A stretch of DNA of 57,633 nucleotides, the filler included, from Dugesia japonica (lineage: Eukaryota): NCBI GenBank assembly GCA_001938525.1. It is 5 parts of 5 records of this genome, joined end to end, with 100 filler letters (N's around TTAATTAATTAA, not from the genome) between each part and the next. Parts side by side here need not be neighbours in the genome. Positions count along the whole stretch, not along the records: positions 23,143 to 33,175 come from MQRL01559019.1; positions 33,276 to 42,590 come from MQRL01506829.1; 3 more parts are not named here. One strand, given 5' to 3'. The notes under the pieces were generated by a model. That model ran no database searches. It was not told where the DNA came from and saw nothing but the letters and a program-made list of their open reading frames with translations. Below are positions 25,478 through 38,689 of this stretch, piece by piece (position 1 is the first letter of the stretch; every line of letters begins with the position of its first letter). The position numbers and the translations under genes were made by a program.

Positions 25478-28168
25478 TCAGTAGTTGAGCCATAGAGTTC
25501 GTAAAGAAACGAACATTGAGCCTTCTCGGTCCGCGTACATCTTAATGATGGCGGCCATTAATCGGTTTGCGTGCTGAAGTTCCTTCTCTTTGATCTGATT
25601 GTATTTGGACGCCGACTTCTGCACTTGTCCCTTCAGCCGCAGTATTTCGTTTTGAACTCTCTCAGTTTTTGCTTCCATTTTTGCTGGGCTGCTGTGACTT
25701 CTTTCTTCACCAGGCGCTCATTATTAGACTTATTCACTAACAAATAATAAAAATTAATATCGTTAGTCGGAATGTGAATATACTAAGTTTAACTACGATA
25801 AAATTATAATCAAATAAAAAAATCCAAAAATGGTTATCATTCACAGAAACTCCTTCGAGTTCAAAATATTTAATACGCGATTACCATTTCCACCAGAAAA
25901 ATTTAAAAATGCTATAATGTATTGACACTTATCACGGCCTCTGCCGATATTAAAAATTGAAAATCATAAAGTGACATGCATATCACTAGAACTTAATTTT
26001 TTCATTAACAAAATAACTAAACACAATTCCACTATACACAAACATTTATTGGTTATTTCCCATCAACGACTTTACTTTTACAATAATTTGATCTGGACAA
26101 CATTCCGAGCCGGCAGTACCCTTGAGTGTCAGCAATAGGACCTGATCCTAGAGTTTGCCCAATAGTAAATTATGATCCATCTGTTGCCGAATCAAGTTTT
26201 CTGTGCTTTCTTTAATTGCCTGCCTCTTTTGCCGGAGTCTCTCATTTTCCTGTTGGCATAACTGCAGCTTCGACTGAGTATCTATTAACTGTTGCTTTAT
26301 GCTTCTGAATTTCGTTACCAATTGGCCGCCTTTGTAGAGTAACTCCGTTTTTTCTTTTTCATATATAGCTTTTTGTTCGTCAAAAATTTAACTGTGTTCC
26401 TCCAGGGAATCCAAAACGTCCCCTCCTCTCCATCATTTGTAAGCACAAGCGGAATGTGCGGTTTAAAATAGGCTGTCATAATCTGTATAAAAAAATTTTA
26501 AATTTAGTTATACTTCCGACATGAATGTAAAAATAATTTTAAGCAAAAAACGAAAAATAAGATAAATAATCAGCTATCGTTTCTTCGACCTGAGGCCTGT
26601 CAGTTCTGATACCCCGCTCCTAACATGCAAACCAGAAAAGATGACGATTTAAAACCATCTTCTTTTCTCGTTCTCATGTTTATGGAACTCTCGCAAGATG
26701 TACTATTAATAGAAAACTTTCCTCCGCCGACTCTGTAGAAAAATTAAATTATAATCTTCACAAAATTAGATACTGCTATAACTATAAAATTAATTACTTT
26801 CAAGACAATTATCAATTGAAATCATATTGTTAATTGATGCTTTATATAATACTTAAATAAGTTTAATTATTAACTCTTATTATTAACTGATAATAAATAA
26901 ATAGAAAGAGAAAATCACAAAATGAAGAACTATAATATTTCGAGCCAATTTTAATCAACATCAATGACACAGTTCCGTCTAATACATCGAATTATTTAAA
27001 GAACAGTAAAGGTGGCAATCGAGCTCCCATAAACCATTTTTATCAATTCTTAGTTTGGTTTCTCAAACCAATTTCCTAATCACCGTTCTGATTTAAGATA
27101 ATTTTTTACATTAATTTTTGGCGACTGTTTCTATTCGGTATAGTTTCGCAATTTTATCTTTCGTCCACCATTTCGATTTCAATAATTTTATATTATTAAT
27201 TTGTTGTAACCGAATTAGTTGTTCCGAATTGCATAATTTCTCCATCTAATTTCGTGATAACGAAATGGATTTGATTTAATTCTTGGTATGAATTTCTGAT
27301 AATTGGTTCTGCCCAATTTTTAAATTTTAACTTTCGGCCATTATTTCGATTTCATTTAATATTATTTTCTAAATTTGTGGACGCTGTTCCGAATTGCATA
27401 ATTTCTCCATCTAATTTCGTGATAACCAGCTTGATTTGATTTAATTCTGGGTATGAATTTCTGATAATTGGTTCTGTCTTATTTCTAAATTTTAACTTTC
27501 GGCAATTATTTCGATTTCATTTAATTTTATCTTATAAATCTGTGGACACTATTCCGAATTGCATAATTTCTCCATCTATTCCTGATGATTGGGAGCATGA
27601 TTGATTTCCAGGGCACTCGGCATAACATGTGGAAAAAGAATAAGGTTTTTATTTTAAATTTGATTAAAAACGATATAATTACTTACTTATTTATTTATTT
27701 CAGTTCTCCTCTTCCAGAAAAATATTGAATGATAAATTGGTGGTTTTTATCTTTAACACAAGTTGATAGATGATTTCAAGTTGTTTTCAAATAATTATCA
27801 AATAGTTTAAATAAAATTTCGTTATGAAAAATGTAGAAAGAATTATATCCAATTTTCTGGTGCAAACGAGTTTTATTTCTCGTTTGCACCCCAACTTTGC
27901 CTGATTCATTCGTTTGCCAATCAGCTGCGAGTTTTTTCAAGTTCGGCTTCCTGATTGGACGAAATCGGTTCGGAAATCGAGTTGTTCTTATTTGGATGTT
28001 GTTCGCACACCAACTCTGCTGTACTTGATTTCCCCAGTCAGTCACCTCGTGTGACCTCTGGTTGTTACTGAGGAGAAGTCCTTGTCTAGAAGGAAATGAT
28101 TCAGTTAATCTGCTGATGATTTTCGTTTTATTTTTCCTCAGGTAGACAAGGATGGATAACTGGACCAA
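25478..28168 (-). other. Cluster of GC-richer orphan ORFs and pseudo-ORFs (coiled-coil 25478-25678 and about 26148-26480; 27776-28168)
   Basis: Heptad-like charged translations such as LIDTQSKLQLCQQENERLRQKRQAIKE, separated by AT-rich spacers; no family recognised. Confidence 0.4.
27220..27580 (-). repeat. 165-bp tandem repeat (about 2.2 copies), possibly coding a 55-aa repeat
   Basis: TTCCGAATTGCATAATTTCTCCATCTA recurs at 27222, 27387 and 27552. Confidence 0.85.
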
Positions 28169-28687
28169 TTTAATTAAAAATAATAATTAATATTAAGCGC
28201 GATACAGCGTTATTATAATAATGAAATTGGTTCGTAGAGACCCCTTAAATAAGTTATTATATTATCGTATTTTATTTTTATTATTATTACAAATAATATA
28301 GTTAAAAATAGAAAGAACCTTTATGAAATAATTTGATAAAACAAGCACTTAATACAGGTTGCTCTTCGACAATATTAATTGTGATATTTGTCGCTATCCC
28401 GGTACTATCAATTTTAATATTAGTAACTCTACCGACAGTGTTATATATAAAAAGCTACCTCGGAATATGATCCTTAAAAAATTCAACATGCAACCCGAAT
28501 TGAATTTTTACACATTTTAGCTCGGCAAGTATCATAAATAATTATGGTGTTAAAGTGTTCAGTAATAATATTTCCATTATATTTAAACGTCTAACTTAAG
28601 AATTTTTGGCACTTCTTTCTCTTAAAAACATCCTCTTCATCGCCTACTTTCATGTTTTTTCTATTGTATTCATATATTATAAATACG

Positions 28688-28804
28688 TTATTGCAATTCT
28701 TCTGGTAGAATTTTCATCTCTGGTCGATAATACTCTTCAATAATAATCACATCTGGTTCACTCTTAATAACTTCATCATCACTATCGTCTATAACTATAA
28801 CCAT
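28688..28804 (-). CDS. Short ORF or exon MVIVIDDSDDEVIKSEPDVIIIEEYYRPEMKILPEELQ with SIM-like motifs
   Basis: Manual translation of the minus strand, ATG to TAA, 38 aa. Confidence 0.35.
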   Translation of the reverse strand: MVIVIDDSDDEVIKSEPDVIIIEEYYRPEMKILPEELQ

Positions 28805-29125
28805 GAGTATAAATTTCTTAGAAACCTTTTTAATTTTTCTCTAGTATTTCAATTAATAAATTTATTTTATTTTTGATAAATTGACATATATGTTGTCAAT
28901 GCATTCTAACATATTCATTGTCTGCTTCAAATCATAATGTGGTGCATGTATGACATATGTAATATTTTAACCCGTAATAAATAAAACTACAACTTTTTTA
29001 CATAACATCATGGCATAAAGTACCACGTTAACACAGTAATATGTGTATAATTTACAATAATAAAAACAAAACTTGTAAATACTTTTAAAAAAAATAATAT
29101 TTTAAATTAAAATAATCAAAATAAT

Positions 29126-29199
<74 letters not shown>

Positions 29200-30939
29200 N
29201 NNNNNNNNNNNNNNNNNNNNNNNNNNNNNNNNNNNNNNNNNNNNNNNNNATAATAACAATATTAATAATAATAATATTGGGATGAAATACCCGATCAACG
29301 AAGTGAAGATATTAATGGATCCAAAGCAATGATCAGAAAGAAGAAATAATATAATGAGACCCCTAATAAACAGTCAATCAATATTAATTTCAATCTAGAA
29401 AATAAGAAGGAAATAATTACAAATAATTAATTAAGAAAATCTAAAGAAGATTAGAAGAAATATAGAAAATGATAATAAAATAATGAAAGATAATAAGGAA
29501 GGCAACAATTATTCACCCATAATCATGGAGATATTATAAATAATAATTGAAATAATTAATATTAAGAAAAATAAAATTGGGAAATAATAAGGAAAAAATT
29601 AATTAATTAATACGAAAAAAGAAAAGTTATTAACATGAAAATCAGAAAAAGGTGAATAACTTTGCTCGGAAGGATCAGAAAATGACGGGACAAGAAAAAT
29701 CTGAAAGCTTACAAGAGAAAGTCGATTTCGCTAAGCAAAAAACGTTATTATCTTCACAAGAGTCAAGAAAGGGTCAGAAAGAGTTGGCCAATGAGAAGTC
29801 ATAGAATAGGCAAAAAACAAGACATGAAAATCATATGGCACCTAAAAATAGGCACCAATAGAAGATAAATAAAAAAGCAGAAATATCTGAAAAATAGACA
29901 AAAAGCCAATGGAAAATCTAAGAAAATTCTTTGAAAACATGACCAGTGGAAACAAAATACATATACATAAATACATATAGCTTATTTTGCTAATTTATAA
30001 ATGTACCCGTGTATAACATGCACATGTATTTCCGTAAAAATGCTACTTTTTTTTGTAAAACACACGTGTTATACAAAGGATTTTAGGTTAGTTTAAATAT
30101 TAGCAAAAAAATCTTTAATAATCAATGTAGTCAGAATATTTCATAGACAATTGAAGCAGAAACTAGTTAAAAAATATTAGTTGTTATCAATAATCAAACT
30201 GTTGGAATGGATATAAGTTCATGAAAATTTTAAGCTAAAATTATTTTTTTAATAATAATAATTCTAATTTCATTAAATAATGACATTATTTCTTGATTTT
30301 AATAATTAAATATTCAATTGCTCTTTGATTGCTAATAATAACAGAATTTATCTATAAATGCGAGGAAATATATTGATGAAAATTATCGATTTGAACTTAC
30401 TTGATTTTATTTTGATAGATTTGTTAAATTGATGTTTTTTGATTGATTAACAACACTAAAAAATTTATACCATATATAAAATTTTTTCTATTATAACAAA
30501 GAATATTTTAAAAATATTAAAAGCATTATTTAAATAAAATTAAACATTTATATAGAAATTTGTGAAAAAAATTTTGATCAGAAAATTTATTGTAATCACG
30601 GGTAGTTATGAACAAAATGAAAGTAATGTCACATGAACACAATAAACTATAAAAAGCTTTGACATATATTAAAAAACAAATAAAATGTAACCCATAAGTT
30701 ATTTGTTTATAAAAAATTCCCGGTTCATTTTAAAGATTCCAGTTTGGTTATATTTTCACAAGTACTTTATAATGTGAGAAATATTTTTTTATAAACATTA
30801 GTTTTATTTTTTTCCAATTTATTTATATTTTAAAACCTATAAATAAATTGTGCAATCTCCAAAGAATTTCTTAATTACTAAATCCTAAATACTATTTGAA
30901 TATTTTCAATATACGTAATAAATTTGATAATTGACAGAT

Positions 30940-31000
30940 CGATTCCCAAAAGCCAAAGCCCTTTCAATAGAGGAAGTTGTCGGGGCGATTCATAAATAAA
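30940..31000 (+). mobile_element. Gypsy gag C-terminal remnant
   Basis: FPKAKALSIEEVVGAIHK* resembles YPKGRASSVEELVGAIH* at 13041-13094. Confidence 0.6.
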
Positions 31001-31119
31001 TGTAAGATTTGATTTGAGCAATAATTGTATGATTGATGATTGTAAATGTGTATATGATATTGAATTTCTTGAAAATAACTTTTGTGATGATTTTATGCTT
31101 GATATTAAATATATTTTAA

Positions 31120-33175
31120 ATATTTATTTGAAATATTGGTTAATTTAAATATTAGTTAATTGAAATATTGGTTAATTGAATTTAAAGTAATTAATTGTAA
31201 TTTTATCTAATAAAAATTATTTAAATCTATTAGATTTAGTTATACTAATTTAATGAATTTTTACAAATGAAATAATTGTAACTAATGAAATGAAATTTTA
31301 TTAATGAAATGAAGTTCTATTAATGAAATGAAGTTCTAGTAATGAAATGAAGTTTTTCTTATAGAATTAAATATTGAACATTTAAAATATTAAAAAAGTT
31401 AACTGAAATATTAGTTTATTGAAATATTAGTATATTGAAATATTAGTTTATTGAAATATTAGTTAATTGACATATTTGTTAATTAATATAGTTGTTTATT
31501 GAAATATCGGTTAATTAAAATATTGGTTATAAGAAATTATGGTTAATTAAAATATTGGTTATAAGAGATTATGGTTAATTGAAATATTGGTTAATTAATA
31601 TATTTGTTTATTGAAATATCGGTTAATTAATATATTTGTTTATTGAAATATCGGTTAATTATAATATTGGTTAATTAAAATATTGGATAATTAAAATTAT
31701 GGTTAATTGAAATGAAGGTTACATAAAATATTGGTTTATTGAAATATTGTTTTATTAAAAAGTGGTTACTTTAAATAAGAGTTAATTGAAATATTTATTA
31801 AATGATTTATTTTTGCATTTAAATGTTGCCTTAATAAACAGTTACCATTGAAATAAAAAGTTAATATTGAAATGAATTGAAAGTAATTTTAGGTAATTAT
31901 ATGTATTTAATTTATTAAAATCTATAAGATTTAGTTAATAGTCTTAGTTTTAATTAATGTTATTAATGAAATGAAAGTTATTAATGAAATAAAATGTTAC
32001 TAATGAAATAAAATGTTACTAATGATATGAAATGTTACTAATTTAATGAAATGTTAGTAATGAAATGAAAGGTTACTAATAAAATAATATGTTAATAAAA
32101 GATTGAANNNNNNNNNNNNNNNNNNNNNNNNNNNNNNNNNNNNNNNNNNNNNNNNNNNNNNNNNNNNNNNNNNNNNNNNNNNNNNNNNNNNNNNNNNNNN
32201 NNNNNNNNNNNNNNNNNNNNNNNNNNNNNNNNNNNNNNNNNNNNNNNNNNNNNNNNATATTGGTTAATTCAAATATTGTTTAATTGAAATATTGGTTAAT
32301 TGAAATATTGTTTAATTGAAATATTGGTTAATTGAAATATTCGTTAATTGAAATATTGGTTAATTCAAATATTGTTTCATTGAAATATCGGTTAATTGAA
32401 ATATTGGTTAATTGAAATATTGGTGATTCGAAATATTGGTGATTTAAAATATTGGTGATTTGAAATATTGGTTAATTTATAAATTTGTTAATTGATATAT
32501 TTGTTAATTGATTTATTGTTTAATATAAATATTGGTTAATTAAAATATTGGTTAATTAAAATATTGGTTAATTAAAATATTGGTTAATTAAAATATTGGT
32601 GATTTGAAATATTGGTGATTTGAAATATTGGTGATTTAAATATTGGTTTATTGAAATATTGGTTAATTGATATATTGATTATTTGAAATAATTGTTAATG
32701 AAAATATGAGTAAATTAAAATAATGGTTAAATTATTTATTTTTGTATTTAAATCTTACTTAAATAAAAAGGTTCGATTTATATGAGTAGTCAATATTGAA
32801 ACGAAATTAAAGTATTTAATTGTAATTATATATAATATCTTGAGTAAAATTTAATAAATATGGTTATTAAGTAAGTTATATAATGTTGGTAATGAAATTG
32901 AACGTTTTTAATGAAGATAAATGTTATTTATAAATTGAACTGCTAATAATGAAATGAAATTTTACTGATGGAATGAAATATTACTAATGAAATGAAATTC
33001 TACTACTGAAATGAAATGTTATTAATGAAATAAAATGTTATTAATGAAATTAAAATATTACTAATGAAATGAAATATTACTAATAAACTGAAAGGTTTTT
33101 GAATGAAATGAAGTTTTACATATTAAATTAAATATTGTTTAATGAAAAGTTCAGTTAATTAAAATATTGGTTGAA
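31120..33175. repeat. Composite satellite of alternating 16-bp (TGAAATATTGGTTAAT) and 19-bp (TAATGAAATGAAATGTTAC) arrays
   Basis: Periods counted directly: 32285 to 32301 is 16; 31982 to 32001 is 19. Confidence 0.9.
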
Positions 33176-33282
33176 NNNNNNNNNNNNNNNNNNNNNNNNN
33201 NNNNNNNNNNNNNNNNNNNTTAATTAATTAANNNNNNNNNNNNNNNNNNNNNNNNNNNNNNNNNNNNNNNNNNNNGGGATCC

Positions 33283-34243
33283 ATGCGAGATAAGATGAGA
33301 AATGGCAGACTAACTATTGTTTCACCCCAAGCTTCACGAGCTATAACACCCATTTGGAAAGCCAATAGCTTATTATCTGTTCATAATATCACCCATATGT
33401 ACAATACAAGTGCTGTCCAAAATTTTTCTGTTAGTACTGTTCAGAAAATTCTGAACAAGTACGGTTTTCGAAGTTATTCAGCAATTAAGAAGCCATNNNN
33501 NNNNNNNNNNNNNNNNNNNNNNNNNNNNNNNNNNNNNNNNNNNNNNNNNNNNNNNNNNNNNNNNNNNNNNNNNNNNNNNNNNNNNNNNNNNNNNNNNNNN
33601 NNNNNNNNNNNNNNNNNNNNNNNNNNNNNNNNNNNNNNNNNNNNNNNNNNNNNNNNNNNNAATCCTATCTTTATAAAAGTAGCGACATGGTCCATACATA
33701 CATGTCTGGGCTGCTTCAACAGTAATGGAGTTGGACTTCTGAAAAGAATCAATGGAAATATGAATGCCAAGAAATATCAAAAAGAGATACTTCATGATAT
33801 AGACAAAGTTGGTATATACTTAGTCTTTCCAAAAGCAGCATTTGTTTTTCAACATGATTTGGCTCCACCAAATAAAGCCAAAAGTACCCAGGCTTTCCTA
33901 AAAAATAACCATATTGATGTCTTACCCTGGCCAGGTAATTCTTCTGACCTGAATCAAATAGAAAATATCTGGGGTATCCTTAAACGGAAAGTAAGACCAA
34001 TGATACACAATTTTGCTGAAGAGTTATGGAATGAGATCCAAAGCGAATGGTACAATCTTTCTTGTAATCTATGCAGGAAAATTGTATTCTCGATGAAAAA
34101 ACGATTAGAATTGGTCAAAAAATCAAAAGGACATCTTATTAAATATTAAGACTATCATGTATTTATTTATTTATTAAATTTCGTGGCTGAAAATTAAAAG
34201 TTGTATTTTTTTATAGGGGTGAACAGACTTTTTACGAGTACTG
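33283..34243 (+). mobile_element. Tc1-like DD34E transposon (5' end lost in gap)
   Basis: FQHDLAP...WPGNSSDLNQIENIW with 34 residues between D and E; right end GGGGTGAACAGACTTTTTACGAGTACTG-TA. Confidence 0.92.
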
Positions 34244-35684
34244 TACTACGGACGTGCTATACTATTTAATTATGTTTTGTTTCCACTATTATAAGTCCGG
34301 CTATAACTTTGGTCAGCACCAGCCTTCGAGAGGTCAGTAGGATTTCTTTTGAATTTTTTTTATTTCGAGGACAGTAATAATGAAACAAAATTATGAAGAA
34401 AACAATGAAATATCGTATGAATTTTTTCAACTTTCTCTAAACAATATTAAATACTGTTTAAATCATTTAGCTTTTTAGGATGAAATCGACTAGGGTTTTG
34501 TGAGGCACATGTATTTTGAAATATTAAAAAAAAATTAATCTTAAAAGGAAATAATTATTAATTAATAATTTTAGCCAATAGAAAGCGATTTAATTGTATA
34601 TTAATATTTTAATAGTTCTATTATTATATGATCATATGAGTGAGATAACTGTGTGAATTTAAATAAATTATGTCTAAAAATAGTTGTGATTTTGAAAATA
34701 AATTATCAATTGAAGANNNNNNNNNNNNNNNNNNNNNNNNNNNNNTTATAATTTTATTCCGTTATTTGCCAAAAAATAACAAGGTTCCAAAAAATGGCGA
34801 TTTTGATAAAATTATTTGTACAATTGTTTTTACTAAAACATTTGGTTAAAATAATTTATTTCAAATATTTATTTCCATGAAAATCTTTTTTTAAAATATA
34901 TTTTATTATATTTTTTAAATAAATTTCATAATTTTGGATTTCATTACATTAAAAGCTTCGATCGAAATATTGTTTTTCTTTTTTTATAATTAATTTTTTT
35001 TATTTCTTGATAGTATTTCGAATTTTCGACTTTGTCTTCGTCAGGAATTGACTTTATTTAAAATTTATCTTAAAAATTCTAAACTAAATATTTTGTAAAA
35101 TTAAAAACTAAGCTGAACAAAATAAACTCAGAATTTAAAAAATCTAAAACCTAATCAATCACACCTGCATCTATTTAAAATTGAAATAAAAGTTTTTTTT
35201 ACTCATAATTTGTATATAAAATAAAAATACTGGTTACAGTTAAGGTAAGATCTCGCTCATTNCGCGTGATATTAACATCTTTATTTTGTGTGGTCATATG
35301 AGTGAACATATGAAAGTCGCATAGGAATAATTCTACCGTAATTTCTTGGGTCTAGGTGCAAAACGAGGATCCATTTATAGATAAACTCGCTTAAATAGAA
35401 TATAAAACATAAATATATATTGTATTATAAATTCTATTAAATTTTAAATTCAGCTTAGAAAAGTTATTAAAGATACTATTAAAAATAAAAAATGATATAG
35501 GAAATGATATCAATGGTTTTAATACTCATTTTACAGTTAACAATTTTAAAATAAGAAACATATTTGTTTGCGGACCGCATTTTGGCTGCCCCTGTTGTAT
35601 ATTATAGAGAAAGTGAAAGGTGGATCGATGAAGAAAATCATTCTTTTAAATGGTCGACTAAGAAAAAAAGATTAGGAATCCCTG

Positions 35685-35762
35685 ATTTAAATGTAATGGA
35701 TGTAATGCCACATACATNGGAGAAACCAAGGGTCATCTCTGGGAAGAATTCAAGAGTACAAT
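35685..35762 (+). mobile_element. Penelope-like GIY-YIG endonuclease fragment
   Basis: FKCNGCNATYIGETKGHL, in a frame not shown in the ORF track. Confidence 0.7.
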
Positions 35763-35888
35763 AGTATGAGTAGTTATAGTAATGTTACTGAGCATAAAAA
35801 TAATTAATAATTTCTAATTTGATTTTTAATTTGATTTCAGACAATTCTTTCGACTAAATTAATATGAGTTTTTAGGTTATAGATATTT

Positions 35889-36162
35889 CAGAGGCGTAGC
35901 TAAAGGGGGGCAGGGGATGACAAGTGTCCCTCGGCGCCAGACCACGGGGCGCCAAAATGGGGTTTGAAATATTTGTATTGTGTATAGTATTTCGTTTGTA
36001 ATACTTCTTGCTGGACTAATCACATGTTTCGTCTGCCTCGGTTTCTTCATTAGTCTTTATTTTAGTAGCCGTTACATTGGATGACTCTTAATTTTTCAAT
36101 GGGGGAAAGGCGCAAAATATGAATCTTGTCCCCGGGCGCCAAACGCACTAGGTATGCATCTG
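35889..36162. mobile_element. hAT-type MITE (274 bp)
   Basis: Imperfect TIRs CAGAGGCGTAGCTA / TAGGTATGCATCTG; TSD AGATATTT at 35881-35888 and 36163-36170; paralogous empty site at 39977-39984. Confidence 0.9.
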
Positions 36163-36361
36163 AGATATTTTAAAATTTGAGTTAATTTTTGTTCAACTTT
36201 AATCATGCTTTAATCTTTTTGAAAATTTAGTTCAAGGTTTTTAATGAATCGTTTTTTTGAAAGAAATCTTGTTAAAATTTGTTTATTAATATAGTCATCT
36301 AATATTTGATATAATTTCTTAAATATTTATTTAAACCAAAATTAGTTACAATATTTTAGAA

Positions 36362-36857
36362 CAGTGTTTTTGAACCTTTTTTTCAGTGTAGCCCACTTTG
36401 GCATATTTGACTGACTTTAACACTCACCAATACAAATTCGTTAATTTATGCTACCCATTTAGTACTACATTGAAATCTAATGTTACTGTTGAATATTGAC
36501 GTATCGACGAGAGTAATCGGTGCACCGACAAGAACTTCTAGAACATCCAAGAAGTAACAATGTCATAGAAGGATGGTATCGTGATTTTTTCAACCATTGT
36601 TAAAGCGTAACATCCAACTACTTATAAGGTGGAGTGAGGTAACTCTGAACGAAAAAACAAAAGTTTGTAATTTTTGACCAAATGTCTGTGTAGAAAGAAA
36701 TGTAGAAATTTTATGTTGATGCTATATTTTTGCACATATTTCCTACTTTCATGAAGCATAAAAGTTATCAAAACTAACCTTTCATTGCCTAATTAACTCT
36801 GAATTCATATTTCATCGCCCATAATTTTCTTTTTATCACCCTAGTTGGGAGACACTG
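36362..36857. mobile_element. hAT (Charlie-like) non-autonomous element
   Basis: CAGTGTTTTTGAAC / GTTGGGAGACACTG; TSD TTTTAGAA at 36354-36361 and 36858-36865. Confidence 0.8.
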
Positions 36858-36882
36858 TTTTAGAATATCCGTTTTATTAGTA

Positions 36883-38187
36883 CAGGGTGTTCCAATTTAA
36901 GGTTACATTTTAAATTTAATTCCATTTATTTCTGTTTTGTTTTATTAAATCAATAATTGTTGAATAAGCAATGGTAATTCATGCGGTTTTTAAAAATGAA
37001 TAGTTATACCATTGAACAAAGAGTATTCATGGTAAAAAATTATTTTAAATACGGCAAAAGTTATGCCGAAGTTCGCAAAAAATTGAAGTCTGAATAGGGA
37101 AGAGAAGGTAGTCCGTCACATGTGACAATTCAAAAAGTTATCAAAGAATTTATAAAAAGTGGCTTGATAAAATATGAAAAACGTCAAGAATATCATAAAA
37201 GTGGTCGCTCGGAAACAAATATTGCAGCTGTAACCTGTAGGGTGAGTGAGAAACCAACAAAGTCAACCCGTTGTTGTTCACAACAACTACCCATTCCAAG
37301 AACGATGTTATTCAGAATTTTGCACGACGATCTTCATTTTAAAACATTCAAGATTCAAATAACTCAACAAATAAAGCCGACAGACTTTAAAATACTCCAT
37401 AAATTCAGTAAATCAGCCATTGAAAATATGCATGAAAATGAAACATCTTTCCAAAAAGTGATCTTTAGCGATAAAGCATATTTTGAACTAGGAGGATTTG
37501 TGAACACACGGAATTTTAGAATTTGGGGCAATGAATACCCACATGAAATACTACAAAAACAATTCTATTCACCAAAGGTAAATGTTTGGTGTGGTTTATG
37601 GGCGTGTGGTGTTATCGTTCCTTATTTTTTTGAGAATGAAGCTGGGAATTCTGTAACAGTTACCGGAGCTCGATATCGAAATATGATTGTAAAATTTTTG
37701 TTTCATAAATTGAAAGGTATGGATACCCAGAACATGTGGTTTCAGCAGGATTTTGCCACATCTCATACGGCAAAAGAAACAATTACCCTTTTAAGAGAAC
37801 GATATGGTGAAAGATTAATTTCTCGAAATCCAAACATCAATCGGCCGCCCAGGTCCTGTTATCTAACGTCTCTAGATATGTTCTTTTTGGGGTTATTTAA
37901 AGGAAAAGGTGTATATTGGCGATCCTCAAACAATTGTTGATCTTAAAGAGAACATCATCTATGAAATCGGTGAAATTAGGCCCCAGTTGTGCCAAAATGT
38001 CATAGAAAACTTTTGTAAAAGAATGGGTGCTTGCTATGCAGCAGCAGGAGTCACTTCCATGACATTATTTTTCATTGTTAAACCGGAATATATGTACTAT
38101 CATTGTAAATAAATATATTGCGACATTTAATATATTAAGCTTCTTTTATTGAAAATTTAAAATTTAACCTTAAATTGGGAAACCCTG
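36883..38187 (+). mobile_element. Full-length but inactivated Tc1/mariner DD41D transposon
   Basis: About 35-bp TIRs CAGGGTGTTCCAATTTAAGGTTACATTTTAAATTT; ATG at 36996; FSDKAYF and QQDFATSH followed by 41 residues to LD; one in-frame stop and a 3' frameshift. Confidence 0.95.
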
Positions 38188-38572
38188 TTTTTATAATTTT
38201 ATTTCTATTATTTATTTAATCATTTGCGATTATTATCAATTATTCAATTTGATAATTTTCACAAAATATTTTTCCAAATTCTAATTAAATTATAATTTGT
38301 CCTTAATGTTCGCATACTTTTTACAATTATTTCTGAAATAATTGATCGACTCAACTATTGATTTCATTTTTTATTTTTCCATGAAAGTAAAGAGTATAGA
38401 TCAAAATAATTAAATTTTCACATTAATTTTTCAAGTCTTGCGAATTTTCGACAGCATTTCTTTGAAGTTAATGATTTTTAATTTTTTATGATATTTTTTG
38501 TTGAATTTTTATAGGATAATTAGATATTATAGTTGATTTATTAATTTAAATTAATTAAAATCAACAACTAAC

Positions 38573-38689
38573 GTTATTGTTGTTGCTGTTGGCATCACCA
38601 TTTATCGTTACATGAATTGATTCAACAACAGCTGGCAATTTCTTTTGTTTTTCCTGGTTAATTTCTTCAACAGAATCATAATTATCCAT
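38573..38689 (-). CDS. Candidate host exon MDNYDSVEEINQEKQKKLPAVVESIHVTINGDANSNNNN (unknown gene)
   Basis: TTCAG acceptor, 117-nt open frame, GTTAG donor; no homology recognised. Confidence 0.4.

Noticed and set aside
29116-29298. Poly-Leu, poly-Ile, poly-Tyr and poly-Asn ORFs (also 40607-40831, 48983-49189, 51794-52186)
   Set aside because: Translations of (AAT)n or AAT-rich tracts and N gaps.
29280-29960. Purine-rich possible coding region
   Set aside because: Frequent stops and no recognisable motif.
30000-30085. Short inverted repeat CCGTGTATAACA / TGTTATACAAAGG as a MITE
   Set aside because: Arms are short and mismatched, with no clear TSD.
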